A stretch of 64,000 nt of DNA from the NCBI GenBank assembly GCA_035294125.1, contig DATGLM010000064.1, forward strand, positions 29,885 to 93,884, given 5' to 3'. This DNA is from Ktedonobacteraceae bacterium. Its GTDB lineage: Bacteria; Chloroflexota; Ktedonobacteria; Ktedonobacterales; Ktedonobacteraceae. A program made the position numbers and the translations under genes. This document shows positions 55,933-64,000 of the stretch, one piece after another (within the stretch, counting starts at the first letter, position 1; every line of letters begins with the position of its first letter). Below the pieces are notes generated by a model, which had not been told where the DNA came from, did no database searches, and was given only the letters and a program-made list of their open reading frames with translations.

Positions 55933-56175
55933 AATGCCATCCTCAAGCTCGCCATCGTCTTCCTGGTTGGCTTCGGCTCGCTCATCGCTTTCAGCGCTTA
56001 TGGCTACCTGCTGCGCACTGTACGGCCCGCGCTTGCCACCAGTTACGCCTACGTTAACCCGATGGTCGCCGTCGGTCTCGGCGTGCTACTCGATGGCGAG
56101 CATATCACCTCCCTCGGCCTGCTCGCCATGCTCGCCATCATCGCCGGTGTCTGCCTCGTCTCCCTGGCGCGATAA
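55933..56175 (+). pseudogene. 3'-terminal remnant of an EamA/DMT-family transporter gene (no start codon; upstream part missing)
   Basis: The in-frame translation after a TGA at 55930 is NAILKLAIVFLVGFGSLIAFSAYGYLLRTVRPALATSYAYVNPMVAVGLGVLLDGEHITSLGLLAMLAIIAGVCLVSLAR*, the typical last two TM helices of EamA. It is preceded by ~370 bp of non-coding DNA. Confidence 0.6.
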
Positions 56176-56370
56176 AACAGGCTTCAGTTGATCTTCCCTT
56201 CCAGCTTTTTCTGGTAACTATCCAGTTTTACTCTAGCGAGCATCGATAGGGTGAAAATGAGAAAGATTGCTGTTTTCATCTTCGTCTCATCGATGTTCGC
56301 TATAGTACGGAAGAACGGAATGATTCCAGAGTTCCTTCAAGGATATATGAGTCAGAAAGAGCTATGATGA

Positions 56371-57597
56371 ATGAGTCAGAGAACAGGAAAAACACTTCCT
56401 GGTAAGGGAAGCTACGATACGAGAAAAGAATCACCGTACAGACAGCGAGAGGCAATACAACCACCCCGGCAGCCACTGCTGACAGAGCCAGAGCCGGTGA
56501 GCTGGAAGGCAAGCTGGTTTATGCTGCCACTGCGTCTTTTTCTCGGCATCACGTTTGTCTATGCAGGCATCCAGAAACTGACAGACCCGCAGTACTTCAA
56601 CCCGGCAGCCCGTGGCTATATCGGCAAACAGATCATCGCCTTTGCTACCGGCTCGCCGCTACACTACTTTCTCATCCGCTTTGCGGTTCCCCACGCCCAT
56701 CTCTTCGGGGCGATGGTGGCTTATGGCGAAGTTGCGATTGGCCTGGGAACGCTTATCGGGCTGCTGTTTCGTCCGGCGGCATTCTTTGGCCTCTTGTTGA
56801 GCATCACCTTCTTCCTCACCGCGACCTGGCATGTTTACCCCTACTTCTACGGGGCCGACATCGTCTTCATCTTCTGCTGGATTACCGTCATCCTCGCCGG
56901 CCCCTTGCACACCGGCCTGCCCGCGCTCGACGCTTTCCTGGTACCGCGCCTGCTCAAGGCGCTGCCAGCAGAGGAACGTGCGACGCTGGCGCTGCCAGTC
57001 TTCTTTCTGCTAGGTGTAAGAGATACAACTGAACAAAGCGCTCCCACGAGCCAGCAACAGAACCGCTACGGGTCGCAGCATCCTGTAGCGGCGCGAGGAA
57101 AATATGCCGCCGCTCGCTACGCGCAGCGGAGTCGCCGCAGTTTTCTCTATGGCTTGATAACCGGTGGTGCCGCTATTCTCGGTCTCGTCTTTGTCGGCTC
57201 GCACCTTCATGGTGATGATGGCAGCGCTGCGACGGGAACAACCACCGCCGGAAACAGCGCTTCAGCGACGGCAGGAGGGACACCTGGAACCAACACCATC
57301 GCGCAGGTGAGCGCGGTTCCTACAAACAGCGCGGTTACCTTTACCATCCCATCGAACAACGATCCCGGCATCCTTATCCATCTTGAAAACGGCCAGTTCG
57401 TCGCCTACGATGCCACCTGTACGCACGCCGGTTGCCCGGTCAATTACGACCCGAGCCAGCAACTACTCGTCTGCCCCTGCCACGGTGCGGAATTCGACCC
57501 CGCCAAAAACGGGGCCGTTGTCCAGCCACCCGCGCAGCAACCGCTAACCAGCGTCACTATCCATATCGACAGTTCAACGGGGGCAATTACGCTCTAA
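56371..57597 (+). CDS. Fusion protein: N-terminal DoxX-like membrane domain plus C-terminal Rieske [2Fe-2S] domain
   Basis: The DoxX-like domain has four TM helices (WFMLPLRLFLGITFVYAGIQKL...). An internal twin-arginine-like SRRSFLYGLITGGAAILGL precedes the Rieske box CTHAGCPVNY...CPCHGAEF. Confidence 0.7.
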   Translation: MSQRTGKTLPGKGSYDTRKESPYRQREAIQPPRQPLLTEPEPVSWKASWFMLPLRLFLGITFVYAGIQKLTDPQYFNPAARGYIGKQIIAFATGSPLHYFLIRFAVPHAHLFGAMVAYGEVAIGLGTLIGLLFRPAAFFGLLLSITFFLTATWHVYPYFYGADIVFIFCWITVILAGPLHTGLPALDAFLVPRLLKALPAEERATLALPVFFLLGVRDTTEQSAPTSQQQNRYGSQHPVAARGKYAAARYAQRSRRSFLYGLITGGAAILGLVFVGSHLHGDDGSAATGTTTAGNSASATAGGTPGTNTIAQVSAVPTNSAVTFTIPSNNDPGILIHLENGQFVAYDATCTHAGCPVNYDPSQQLLVCPCHGAEFDPAKNGAVVQPPAQQPLTSVTIHIDSSTGAITL

Positions 57598-57634
57598 AGC
57601 GCTCTCTCGCATGCCGTTTTCCGGGGGAAGCAAA

Positions 57635-58825
57635 TTACGATTTTCCCACGTTGAAGCGGAAGTGGGCGATATCGCCGTCTTTAATTACGTAGTCTTTGCC
57701 CTCGAGGCGCTGTAAGCCTTTCTTAGCGGCGGCAGCGAAGGAGCCGCCGCTCTCCATGAAATCGTCGTAGTGTGTCACCTCGGCGCGAATGAAGCCGCGC
57801 TCGATGTCGGAGTGGATTTTACCTGCCGCCTCCGGTGCCTTCGCGCCCTTGCGCACCGTCCAGGCGCGCACCTCGTCCTCGCCTGCTGTGAGGAAGGTGA
57901 TCAGGTTAAGCAGGCGGTAGCCGACCTGGATCACGCGGTCAGCGCCCAACTGGGGCAATCCGAGCGCCTCCAGATACTCCTGCGCATCGGCCTCTGGCAG
58001 TTCGGCCAGTTCCGCCTCCAGCCGTGCGGAGACGGCCACAACCTCGGAGCCTTCGGCCTTTGCTCGCTGCGCGACTGCGGCGATGCCTTCCAGTTCGCCC
58101 TCCAGCTTCTCCTCGTCCACTTCTTCGCCTGTAGCGATGCGCGCCAGCAGGTCGTTGGCCGCGCCCAGCACGTTCTCGCTCACATTGAGCACGTACATGC
58201 GCGGCTTCTGGGTCAGCAGGAAGAGTTCGTCCAGCACGGCATGATCCTGCGGCAGCAGTTCCAACTGGCTCACCAGCTTCAGTTCGTTCAGCGCGTCCTG
58301 CAAAAGGCTCAGCACTGCCAGTTCCTGCTGGTATTTCTTCTCGCCCGACTTGGCGGCACGCTTCGTGCGCTCGATACGCCGCTCCACCGTTGTCAGGTCT
58401 GTCAGCGCCAGTTCGGCGTTCAGGCTGTCCAGGTCGCGTATAGGGTTGATGTTCCCATAGATATGCGGCACGTTCGGATTCTCAAAGGTGCGCAGCACGA
58501 TGGCGAGAGCATCGGCGTTGCGGATGTGCCCGATAAACTCGGCGCTCAGTCCCTCGCGTTTCTCGCCCGTTCCATGCGGGCTCTGGCCCATGCCAGCCAC
58601 GTCCACAAATTCTACCGTCGCGGGCGTCACTTTCTTCGGCTTAAAGATATCGGCCAGTGGCTGCAAGCGTGCATCCGGCACCGGCACCACCGCCATATTC
58701 GCCTGCACCGTGCTCGTCGCATAATTGCTGACGGGCGCGCCCGCCTTCGTCAGCGCGTTAAACAAAGAGGTCTTGCCACTCTGTGGCAACCCCACAATTC
58801 CAATTGTAAGAGCCATCTCTATCAC
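57635..58825 (-). CDS. ychF: Ribosome-binding ATPase YchF (Obg-family GTPase-like) with C-terminal TGS domain
   Basis: IGIVGLPQSGKTSLFNALT G1 motif, a coiled-coil insertion, and a TGS domain (YVIKDGDIAHFRFNV). Confidence 0.85.
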   Translation of the reverse strand: MIEMALTIGIVGLPQSGKTSLFNALTKAGAPVSNYATSTVQANMAVVPVPDARLQPLADIFKPKKVTPATVEFVDVAGMGQSPHGTGEKREGLSAEFIGHIRNADALAIVLRTFENPNVPHIYGNINPIRDLDSLNAELALTDLTTVERRIERTKRAAKSGEKKYQQELAVLSLLQDALNELKLVSQLELLPQDHAVLDELFLLTQKPRMYVLNVSENVLGAANDLLARIATGEEVDEEKLEGELEGIAAVAQRAKAEGSEVVAVSARLEAELAELPEADAQEYLEALGLPQLGADRVIQVGYRLLNLITFLTAGEDEVRAWTVRKGAKAPEAAGKIHSDIERGFIRAEVTHYDDFMESGGSFAAAAKKGLQRLEGKDYVIKDGDIAHFRFNVGKS

Positions 58826-59004
58826 CCTTCTCTCTATCTCATGCTCAGAACTTCTTTAATGAATATTCTATGATAGCTTTGTTCTCCGTTAGCCTAGCAT
58901 ATCACTGAAGATACGTCTAGATGGCATTTTGACTTGACTATCTTCTCACCAGCTACTAAAATATGCTTGAACTGAGGCGTTCCCAACAGATGGAGGTCAT
59001 TTTC

Positions 59005-59232
59005 ATGCCGTTGTACGAGTACTATTGCTCGGACTGTAAATCCAAATTTGAGATGCTGGTCAATTACCAGCATGCCGACGATGTTGTCTGCACGAAGTGT
59101 CATGGTGAGAACGTGCGCCGCCTGCTCTCCGTCTTCGCGGCCTTCCTGGGCGAGGGCAGCAGTGAAGATGGTGATTACGACGAAGGCTCGATAGGAAGCT
59201 GCGGCTGCGGCGGCGATTGCGGCTGTCACTGA
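59005..59232 (+). CDS. FmdB-family zinc-ribbon protein (second paralog) with acidic, Cys/Gly-rich tail
   Basis: MPLYEYYCSDCKSKFE...CTKCHG...GSCGCGGDCGCH. The track ORF starts at 58963. Confidence 0.65.
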   Translation: MPLYEYYCSDCKSKFEMLVNYQHADDVVCTKCHGENVRRLLSVFAAFLGEGSSEDGDYDEGSIGSCGCGGDCGCH

Positions 59233-59264
59233 ACTAAAGAGAGACATAGACAGGTTCATCCGTT

Positions 59265-59777
59265 ATGTTCAATAAAACCAGCTACCGGCGCGGTGTGGTA
59301 GAGGGAGTCATCCTCTACACACTGGGTCGCCTCGGTGCGCTCATTACTCCGACCGTCTTTCCCGGCTGGGTGTTCGTTGCTGCCCCCCTGCTCTTCCTGC
59401 TGCTACAATTCCTGATTCCGCCGGTGTGGGCCACAAGGCGCATCCGGTCTATCAGCAAACGCGAGCGTCTGAGCAAACGTTTCTGGCTGCTTGGCTCGCG
59501 CCTCGCTGCCATCTGCTTCGGCGTCGACCTGCTGCTGACCCTCTGCGTCGGTATGGCGCTCAACTCGTTCGGCAGCGTCCAGCAAGGCCCGGCCCTCCTG
59601 CGTTTCTTCGCCAGCGGCGCGAACCACCTCACCTTCGCGGATTTCGCGCTCTACGAGGTGAAAACTGTCGCCGCGCTCTTCGCCTTCTTCACGCTCGCTG
59701 TCGTCTGCACTCGTCTCGCCATGGGCGGCTTCCTCCGCTTCACCATGCCAGCGGGTGGCAACCGCGTCACGCTATAA
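59265..59777 (+). CDS. Hypothetical 4-TM membrane protein, 33 bp downstream of the FmdB paralog
   Basis: 170 aa with four hydrophobic helices. No motif recognised. Confidence 0.45.
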   Translation: MFNKTSYRRGVVEGVILYTLGRLGALITPTVFPGWVFVAAPLLFLLLQFLIPPVWATRRIRSISKRERLSKRFWLLGSRLAAICFGVDLLLTLCVGMALNSFGSVQQGPALLRFFASGANHLTFADFALYEVKTVAALFAFFTLAVVCTRLAMGGFLRFTMPAGGNRVTL

Positions 59778-59784
59778 TTTTCTA

Positions 59785-59851
59785 CCAGAGTGAGTGGAGT
59801 AAAGTACTGTCCACGATGCTGGCGGACAGTACTTTACTCCACTCACTCTGG
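59785..59851. terminator. 28-bp perfect palindrome between convergent genes (bidirectional terminator candidate)
   Basis: CCAGAGTGAGTGGAGTAAAGTACTGTCC-ACGATGCTGGC-GGACAGTACTTTACTCCACTCACTCTGG. The 3' arm overlaps the last codons of the prolyl oligopeptidase gene. Confidence 0.55.
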
Positions 59852-61933
59852 TTCTCTACCCATCTGCTGACAGAGGAAGGCGAATTCGTCGGCATATTCC
59901 TCGTTGAATTGCTGCTGTGTGGAACCCATACCGTGACCGCCCTGGAACTCGACGCGCAGCAGGACGGGTTTGCCGGAGGAGGTCGCGGCCTGCAGGCGCG
60001 CCGCCATCTTCGCTGCCTGCCAGACCACCACGCGAGGATCGTTCGCGCCCGCTGTCAGCAACACGGCAGGATAGGCTACGCCGTCACGTACCTGCGTATA
60101 GGCATCCATGATTTGCAGGCCGCGCAAGCCCTCTTCGGTGCTGACGCTGCCAAACTCAGGGACATTGGGTGGGCCGTTCTCCGTGAATTCAAAGCGCAGC
60201 GCGTTCGCTACCGGTACCTTCATCACCATCACCACCCACAGGTCTGGCCGCCTCACCAGGGCGCCGCCGGTGGTAATGCCGCCAGCGCTGCCTCCTTCAC
60301 CTGCCAGTCGGCGCGGACTCGTATACCTCTGAGCAATCAGGTATTCGGCGGCGTCTATGAAGTCGGTGATGGTGTTGCCCTTGTTGAGGCCCTTGCCCGC
60401 CAGATGCCATTCTTTGCCGTATTCGCCGCCGCCGCGTATGTGGGCAACGGCCAGCACGCCGCCGAGGTCATACCACGCCTTCATACGCGGCATAAAGAAG
60501 GGATTCAAGTTGATGCCATAGGAGCCATAGCCACGCAAAATCGTGGGATTGTTCCCATCCAGCCTCAAGCCCTTTTTGTGGATGATGGAGAGCGGGACGA
60601 GCATGCCATCTCGCGCCGGATAATGCACCTCGTGCGTCTCTATGTCACTGAAATCGAGCGATGAGGGCGGGTAGAGATCGGTCTCCTCAAGCGTTCCGGC
60701 GTTGACATCGCAGCGATAGAGACGCGGGGAGATCACCCACGAGGCCATCTCGACCAGCACCTCAGCACTGCCGGGCGCGCTGGCCCATTCGCTGATTGAA
60801 CCCTCAAAGGGCATGGGAAATGCTTCTGGTTCGCCGCCGCCGCGTTTGACGCGCCGCAAGCGCCCGATACCACCTTCCAGATCGTCCAGCAGCAGGTAAT
60901 CGCCCGCAACCCTGATTGCTCCGATCACGGCCTTGCTTTCCGGCACAATCAGCGCCGCGTTTGCTATGTCTGGCTGGTGCAGGGACGTGGCAATGACTTT
61001 ATAACGCGGTGCCTCCTTGTGCGTTCTGAGATAGATGGTGTCTCCCATCAGATCATAGCCGGATACGGCATCCTCGACATCACAAATTTTCTGCCAGTGA
61101 GTCGTGGCCGGATCGGCAAGAGCAGAACGGGGCGCCGCATAGATGCTTTGTTCCTCCAGATCGCCGTGGACGACCAGCCCGATCAGCCAGTCGCTGAGCG
61201 GTGAGATCACCAGGAAGGGATAGTCGTCGCGGCCAAATGCGACGCCCTCGGTCACGTCCGGGCCGAAGACGGGCCGATCATTGGACGGGTCTTCGCCAGG
61301 GTGGTGCAGATAGGTGCAGCCATCTCTGTAGCGTTCGGTTTCCGGCGTTCCCTCAGGACGCTCCGGGAAGCGATGGTAGACGAAGGAATGGTTATCTTCC
61401 AGCCAGGAGACGTGCGTGAACTCGGTGTGGGGAATCGCCAGGTCGAGGATGATGCCGCTGTCGACCTCCAGTACGTGCAGCACGCTGTTCTCCGAGCCAC
61501 CCTGCGAGATGCCATAAGCGACATAGCGCCCATCCCACGACGGGAAGTACCAATCTATAGCAGTCTGGGCCTCTCCCTCGATCACATTGGGATTGAACAG
61601 CGTCTTTTCCTGCCCATTCTGGCCGCCCGGCATGCGCACTACCAGCTTCATGAGGTTCTCACCGGGGTCGCGCCGCAGGTAGAAGAGGCGCTCACCTATG
61701 ACCTGAAAATCACGGAGATCAGGCCCGGCATTGGTCATTTCTGTAAGCTGAGCAAGCAGCTTATCTCGCCCCGGAAGTGCCTCCAGGTACGCCTGTGTAT
61801 AAGCTGCCTGCTCCTTCATCCACACCTGAAACTCCTCACTCTTCCAGTGCTCCATCCAGCGATACGGATCCTCTATGGTAGTACCAAAATACGTATCACG
61901 CACAACATCGACACGCGCTACCGGTTGTTGCAT
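59843..61933 (-). CDS. Prolyl oligopeptidase family (S9A) serine peptidase
   Basis: 696 aa. An N-terminal beta-propeller (MQQPVARVDVVRDTYFGTTIEDPYRWMEH) and a C-terminal alpha/beta hydrolase with GGSAGG, the catalytic serine motif. Confidence 0.85.
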   Translation of the reverse strand: MQQPVARVDVVRDTYFGTTIEDPYRWMEHWKSEEFQVWMKEQAAYTQAYLEALPGRDKLLAQLTEMTNAGPDLRDFQVIGERLFYLRRDPGENLMKLVVRMPGGQNGQEKTLFNPNVIEGEAQTAIDWYFPSWDGRYVAYGISQGGSENSVLHVLEVDSGIILDLAIPHTEFTHVSWLEDNHSFVYHRFPERPEGTPETERYRDGCTYLHHPGEDPSNDRPVFGPDVTEGVAFGRDDYPFLVISPLSDWLIGLVVHGDLEEQSIYAAPRSALADPATTHWQKICDVEDAVSGYDLMGDTIYLRTHKEAPRYKVIATSLHQPDIANAALIVPESKAVIGAIRVAGDYLLLDDLEGGIGRLRRVKRGGGEPEAFPMPFEGSISEWASAPGSAEVLVEMASWVISPRLYRCDVNAGTLEETDLYPPSSLDFSDIETHEVHYPARDGMLVPLSIIHKKGLRLDGNNPTILRGYGSYGINLNPFFMPRMKAWYDLGGVLAVAHIRGGGEYGKEWHLAGKGLNKGNTITDFIDAAEYLIAQRYTSPRRLAGEGGSAGGITTGGALVRRPDLWVVMVMKVPVANALRFEFTENGPPNVPEFGSVSTEEGLRGLQIMDAYTQVRDGVAYPAVLLTAGANDPRVVVWQAAKMAARLQAATSSGKPVLLRVEFQGGHGMGSTQQQFNEEYADEFAFLCQQMGREPE

Positions 61934-61971
61934 TGCTCATCTCTCTTTCTAAAAAGTATCGAGTCTGGTTT

Positions 61972-63270
61972 TCAGTAAATTGTCTGCATCCCACTCGTGA
62001 AACGCGCAGGATCAAACAAATCCGCTGCGCGATACTGCGCTTCATCCGGCATGACAGCGTTGGATTGCGAGCGGCCCTGCACGAGTTCGCCGATGATACG
62101 GGCGCATTGGAGAGCGTAGGCGTTGCCGTGGCCGGTGTAGCCGCCGGAGATGTAGCAGTGCGGCACATCCGGCAAGCGCCCGACGAGCGGCAGGCTATCT
62201 TTGGAGAATGCCATGATTCCTGCCCAGCGATAGTCGGTGCGAACCTGCGGCAGGCCGAGTATCTCGTGGACGAAAGCGTCCAGATGGCGCTGCACAGCCT
62301 CGTTGGGTGTCTCATCGGTGCTGTACTCCGTCTCCAATGAGTAGTTGCGCCAGCCTCCGACGACGAGCCGTCCATCTTCAAGCTGCCGCCAGTACTGGTA
62401 GCCGTGGTCGCCTGAGCAAGGGCAGGGAAAAAGGCGCTCGCCAACCGGTTCCGTGGCGATCATTTGTCCCCGCGTCGGCGTGATGCATTGCGCCAGCCAC
62501 TGCGCGTCCAGTTGTTTGCCCGGCGCTGATAGACCAGGCAGCCACGCATTCATCGCCAGCACCACGTTTCGGGCACGCACACTGCCCCGTTCCGTGTGCA
62601 GGGTGACGCCCTCATCGTCCGGCAGTATATGGCTCACCGGACTCTTTTCGTGAAAGACTGCTCCTGCCTGCTGAGCCAGTTGTGCCAGACCCAGCACGAA
62701 TTTCGCGGGCTGTATCTCAGCATTATCTGGATTAAACGAGCCGCCGACATAGGCGGAGCGCAGGCGCGTAGGCAGCTCTGCGCGCTCCACCATTGTCGCG
62801 TTCCAGCCATCCTCTCGCAACAACCGCACGCTTTCGCGCACATCTGCCAGTTCGGCCTCATTTCCGGCCAGCTTCAGGCTGCCGTTGCGTCGGTAGCCAC
62901 AGAGCCAGCCCTGCCCCTGTAATTCCTCAATCAAGCCTTCAGCAAGCTCAGCGTTGCGTACACTCGCCGCCCACAACTGCCTCGCCTGCTCGCGCCCGAA
63001 ACGCTCGATGATGCTGGCATATGGCTCGACGGTGCCGGTGGCAAGAAAGCCGCCATTACGTCCGCTCGCGCCAGCCGCGATCCGCCGCGCCTCCAGCACG
63101 CGCGTCGGCACACCTGCTCGTGCCAGCCACAGAGCAGTAGCCGTTCCCGTAATGCCCGCGCCAACGACAGCTACCTCCGTCTCAACGTTACCCTCCAACG
63201 GCCCTGCCGCCTCTATGCCTCGTCCGCCGGAAGTCTCCAACTCAGCCTGCCAGAATGATATGCTGGTCAA
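61972..63270 (-). CDS. FAD-dependent oxidoreductase (DAO/glycine-oxidase-like)
   Basis: N-terminal Rossmann motif VAVVGAGITGTATALWLARAG. 432 aa. Confidence 0.75.
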   Translation of the reverse strand: MTSISFWQAELETSGGRGIEAAGPLEGNVETEVAVVGAGITGTATALWLARAGVPTRVLEARRIAAGASGRNGGFLATGTVEPYASIIERFGREQARQLWAASVRNAELAEGLIEELQGQGWLCGYRRNGSLKLAGNEAELADVRESVRLLREDGWNATMVERAELPTRLRSAYVGGSFNPDNAEIQPAKFVLGLAQLAQQAGAVFHEKSPVSHILPDDEGVTLHTERGSVRARNVVLAMNAWLPGLSAPGKQLDAQWLAQCITPTRGQMIATEPVGERLFPCPCSGDHGYQYWRQLEDGRLVVGGWRNYSLETEYSTDETPNEAVQRHLDAFVHEILGLPQVRTDYRWAGIMAFSKDSLPLVGRLPDVPHCYISGGYTGHGNAYALQCARIIGELVQGRSQSNAVMPDEAQYRAADLFDPARFTSGMQTIY

Positions 63271-63384
63271 ATGTCTGTCCTCATTTCTCTCTGTGCTTTT
63301 CTCATGGTATCACATTTTGCGCGTTGGTCCGATTGGATACCTTACCCATTCGATCAGGATGTTGAGGTCATTATCAGGAACTTT

Positions 63385-63449
63385 CACAAAAAGCAACGGT
63401 CCCACATAAGGCACTTAAGTGGCCTTATGTGGGACCGTTGCTTTTTGTG
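63385..63449. terminator. 28-bp perfect palindrome downstream of the partial membrane-protein gene (terminator candidate)
   Basis: CACAAAAAGCAACGGTCCCACATAAGGC-ACTTAAGTG-GCCTTATGTGGGACCGTTGCTTTTTGTG. Confidence 0.55.
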
Positions 63450-63473
63450 ATTAGTAACGCTGTATCTGTCAGA

Positions 63474-64000
63474 TCAGGAGCGTTTGCGGGCGCGGCGCTG
63501 CCAGTAACGCTGGTCGGCGCGGTAGTCCGCGTAGATATCGTCGTCCGCGCCTTTGATGCCCTGCTTCATGGTTGGAGGCGGCGTTCTGGAGGTCAACTCC
63601 TGATTCGTGCTTGTGCTCTTTTTGCCTGCCTGGCCGCTTCGTGGCTGTTCTGGCATCCCGGCCAGCGCGCCGAGACTGCGCGGGATGAGATCCAGTTTTG
63701 CCAGGACGATCAGCAAGATGATCAGCGTCGCCAGGAAGACAATGGTAGCGGTGCTGATAATGACCTGCCCTCCGAAAAGATTGAAGGTGGTAAGCACATG
63801 ATTCAGCTTATTGGCTGTCATAAACTGGGTCTCAAAGACGCCGATAAAGTTAGCGCCCAGCAGATAAATGACCATGCCCAGCAGGTAGCGTGTCTTGAAG
63901 CCGCTGTTTCGTGGGGGCGTTGGGCGGGCAGGAGTGGGCTTTGGCTTTGTCTCCTGCTTTTCCTGTTTCTCTTCGGTTGTCGTGGTTTCGGTTGTCGTGG
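63474..64000 (-). CDS. Hypothetical membrane protein, C-terminal part (5' end beyond window)
   Basis: The frame stays open to the window edge. It encodes a Thr/Glu/Lys-rich low-complexity segment, then two TM helices (LLGMVIYLLGANFIGVF; VIISTATIVFLATLIILLIVLA), then a basic C-terminus. Confidence 0.5.
   Translation of the reverse strand, partial: TTTETTTTEEKQEKQETKPKPTPARPTPPRNSGFKTRYLLGMVIYLLGANFIGVFETQFMTANKLNHVLTTFNLFGGQVIISTATIVFLATLIILLIVLAKLDLIPRSLGALAGMPEQPRSGQAGKKSTSTNQELTSRTPPPTMKQGIKGADDDIYADYRADQRYWQRRARKRS

Noticed and set aside
56364-56383. Tandem ATGATGAATGAGTCAGAGA / ATGAGTCAGAAAGAG duplication at the DoxX-Rieske start
   Set aside because: It is a very short local duplication, probably start-codon context, with no functional implication discernible.
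57770-58873. 367-aa + strand ORF
   Set aside because: It is antisense to ychF.
59426-60664. 412-aa + strand ORF
   Set aside because: It is antisense to the prolyl oligopeptidase gene and overlaps the hypothetical membrane protein in another frame.
1-64000. CRISPR arrays, transposases, integrases, toxin-antitoxin pairs, restriction-modification or other recognisable defence modules
   Set aside because: No regularly spaced direct repeats and no DDE/tyrosine-recombinase-like ORFs were found. The only methyltransferase (46823-47677) has an RNA-methyltransferase-like DPP motif and no adjacent nuclease, so there is no evidence for a defence island.

Overview
This 64 kb window looks like ordinary chromosomal DNA from a high-GC Gram-positive-like bacterium. 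Codon usage, the abundance of Pro/Thr/Ser-rich linkers, the multiple Ser/Thr kinases and the secreted multi-repeat proteins suggest a Chloroflexota/Ktedonobacteria-like genome; that is inference from composition only. Gene density is high and both strands are used. I found no transposase, integrase or CRISPR array, and no recognisable phage-defence module.

Recognisable content, in order along the window:
- An alpha-glucan module: partial GH13, GH57 and a GT4 glycosyltransferase.
- A secreted S53 sedolisin peptidase.
- A PknB-like Ser/Thr kinase with a PASTA domain.
- The selenocysteine-specific elongation factor SelB.
- A hybrid HisKA_3/HATPase-like + receiver + LuxR regulator.
- The chaperone ClpB.
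- Several secreted or membrane proteins carrying PT/PS linkers.
- An aminotransferase, M20 peptidases, a CoA-transferase, an MFS transporter, an isoaspartyl peptidase/asparaginase and a MazG-like protein.
- A ROK-family gene followed by a degenerate membrane (pseudo)kinase.
- An HxlR regulator followed by a HIT hydrolase.
- An SPFH membrane protein and a PSP1/RicT-like protein.
- An ANTAR response regulator next to a DAHP synthase whose leader contains a terminator-like attenuator.
- An aldehyde dehydrogenase, Rho, a SprT/DUF45-like HExxH protein, tRNA-Lys(UUU) and UvrC.
- Two FmdB-type zinc-ribbon proteins, a soluble histidine kinase, a DUF1345-like membrane protein and a TerC-family membrane protein.
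- A SAM-dependent methyltransferase, ScpB and endonuclease IV.
- A roughly 1035-aa surface protein with BACON-like repeats.
- A TPP enzyme with an M20D amidohydrolase, a DoxX-Rieske fusion, YchF, a prolyl oligopeptidase and an FAD oxidoreductase.

The most unusual sequence-level observations are:
1. A small dispersed intergenic palindromic repeat family with core CATGTCATTC(T/A)GAGCG, at four loci.
2. Three unrelated, perfectly base-paired 26-28 bp hairpins at gene ends.
3. A remnant of an EamA transporter gene lacking its 5' part.
4. The DAHP synthase leader/attenuator with an ANTAR regulator directly downstream.
5. The ROK-pseudokinase pair.
6. The degenerate kinase-like domain fused to a NarL-type regulator.

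I cannot point to a convincing novel multi-gene 'system'. The candidates above are hypotheses that need database searches and structure prediction.
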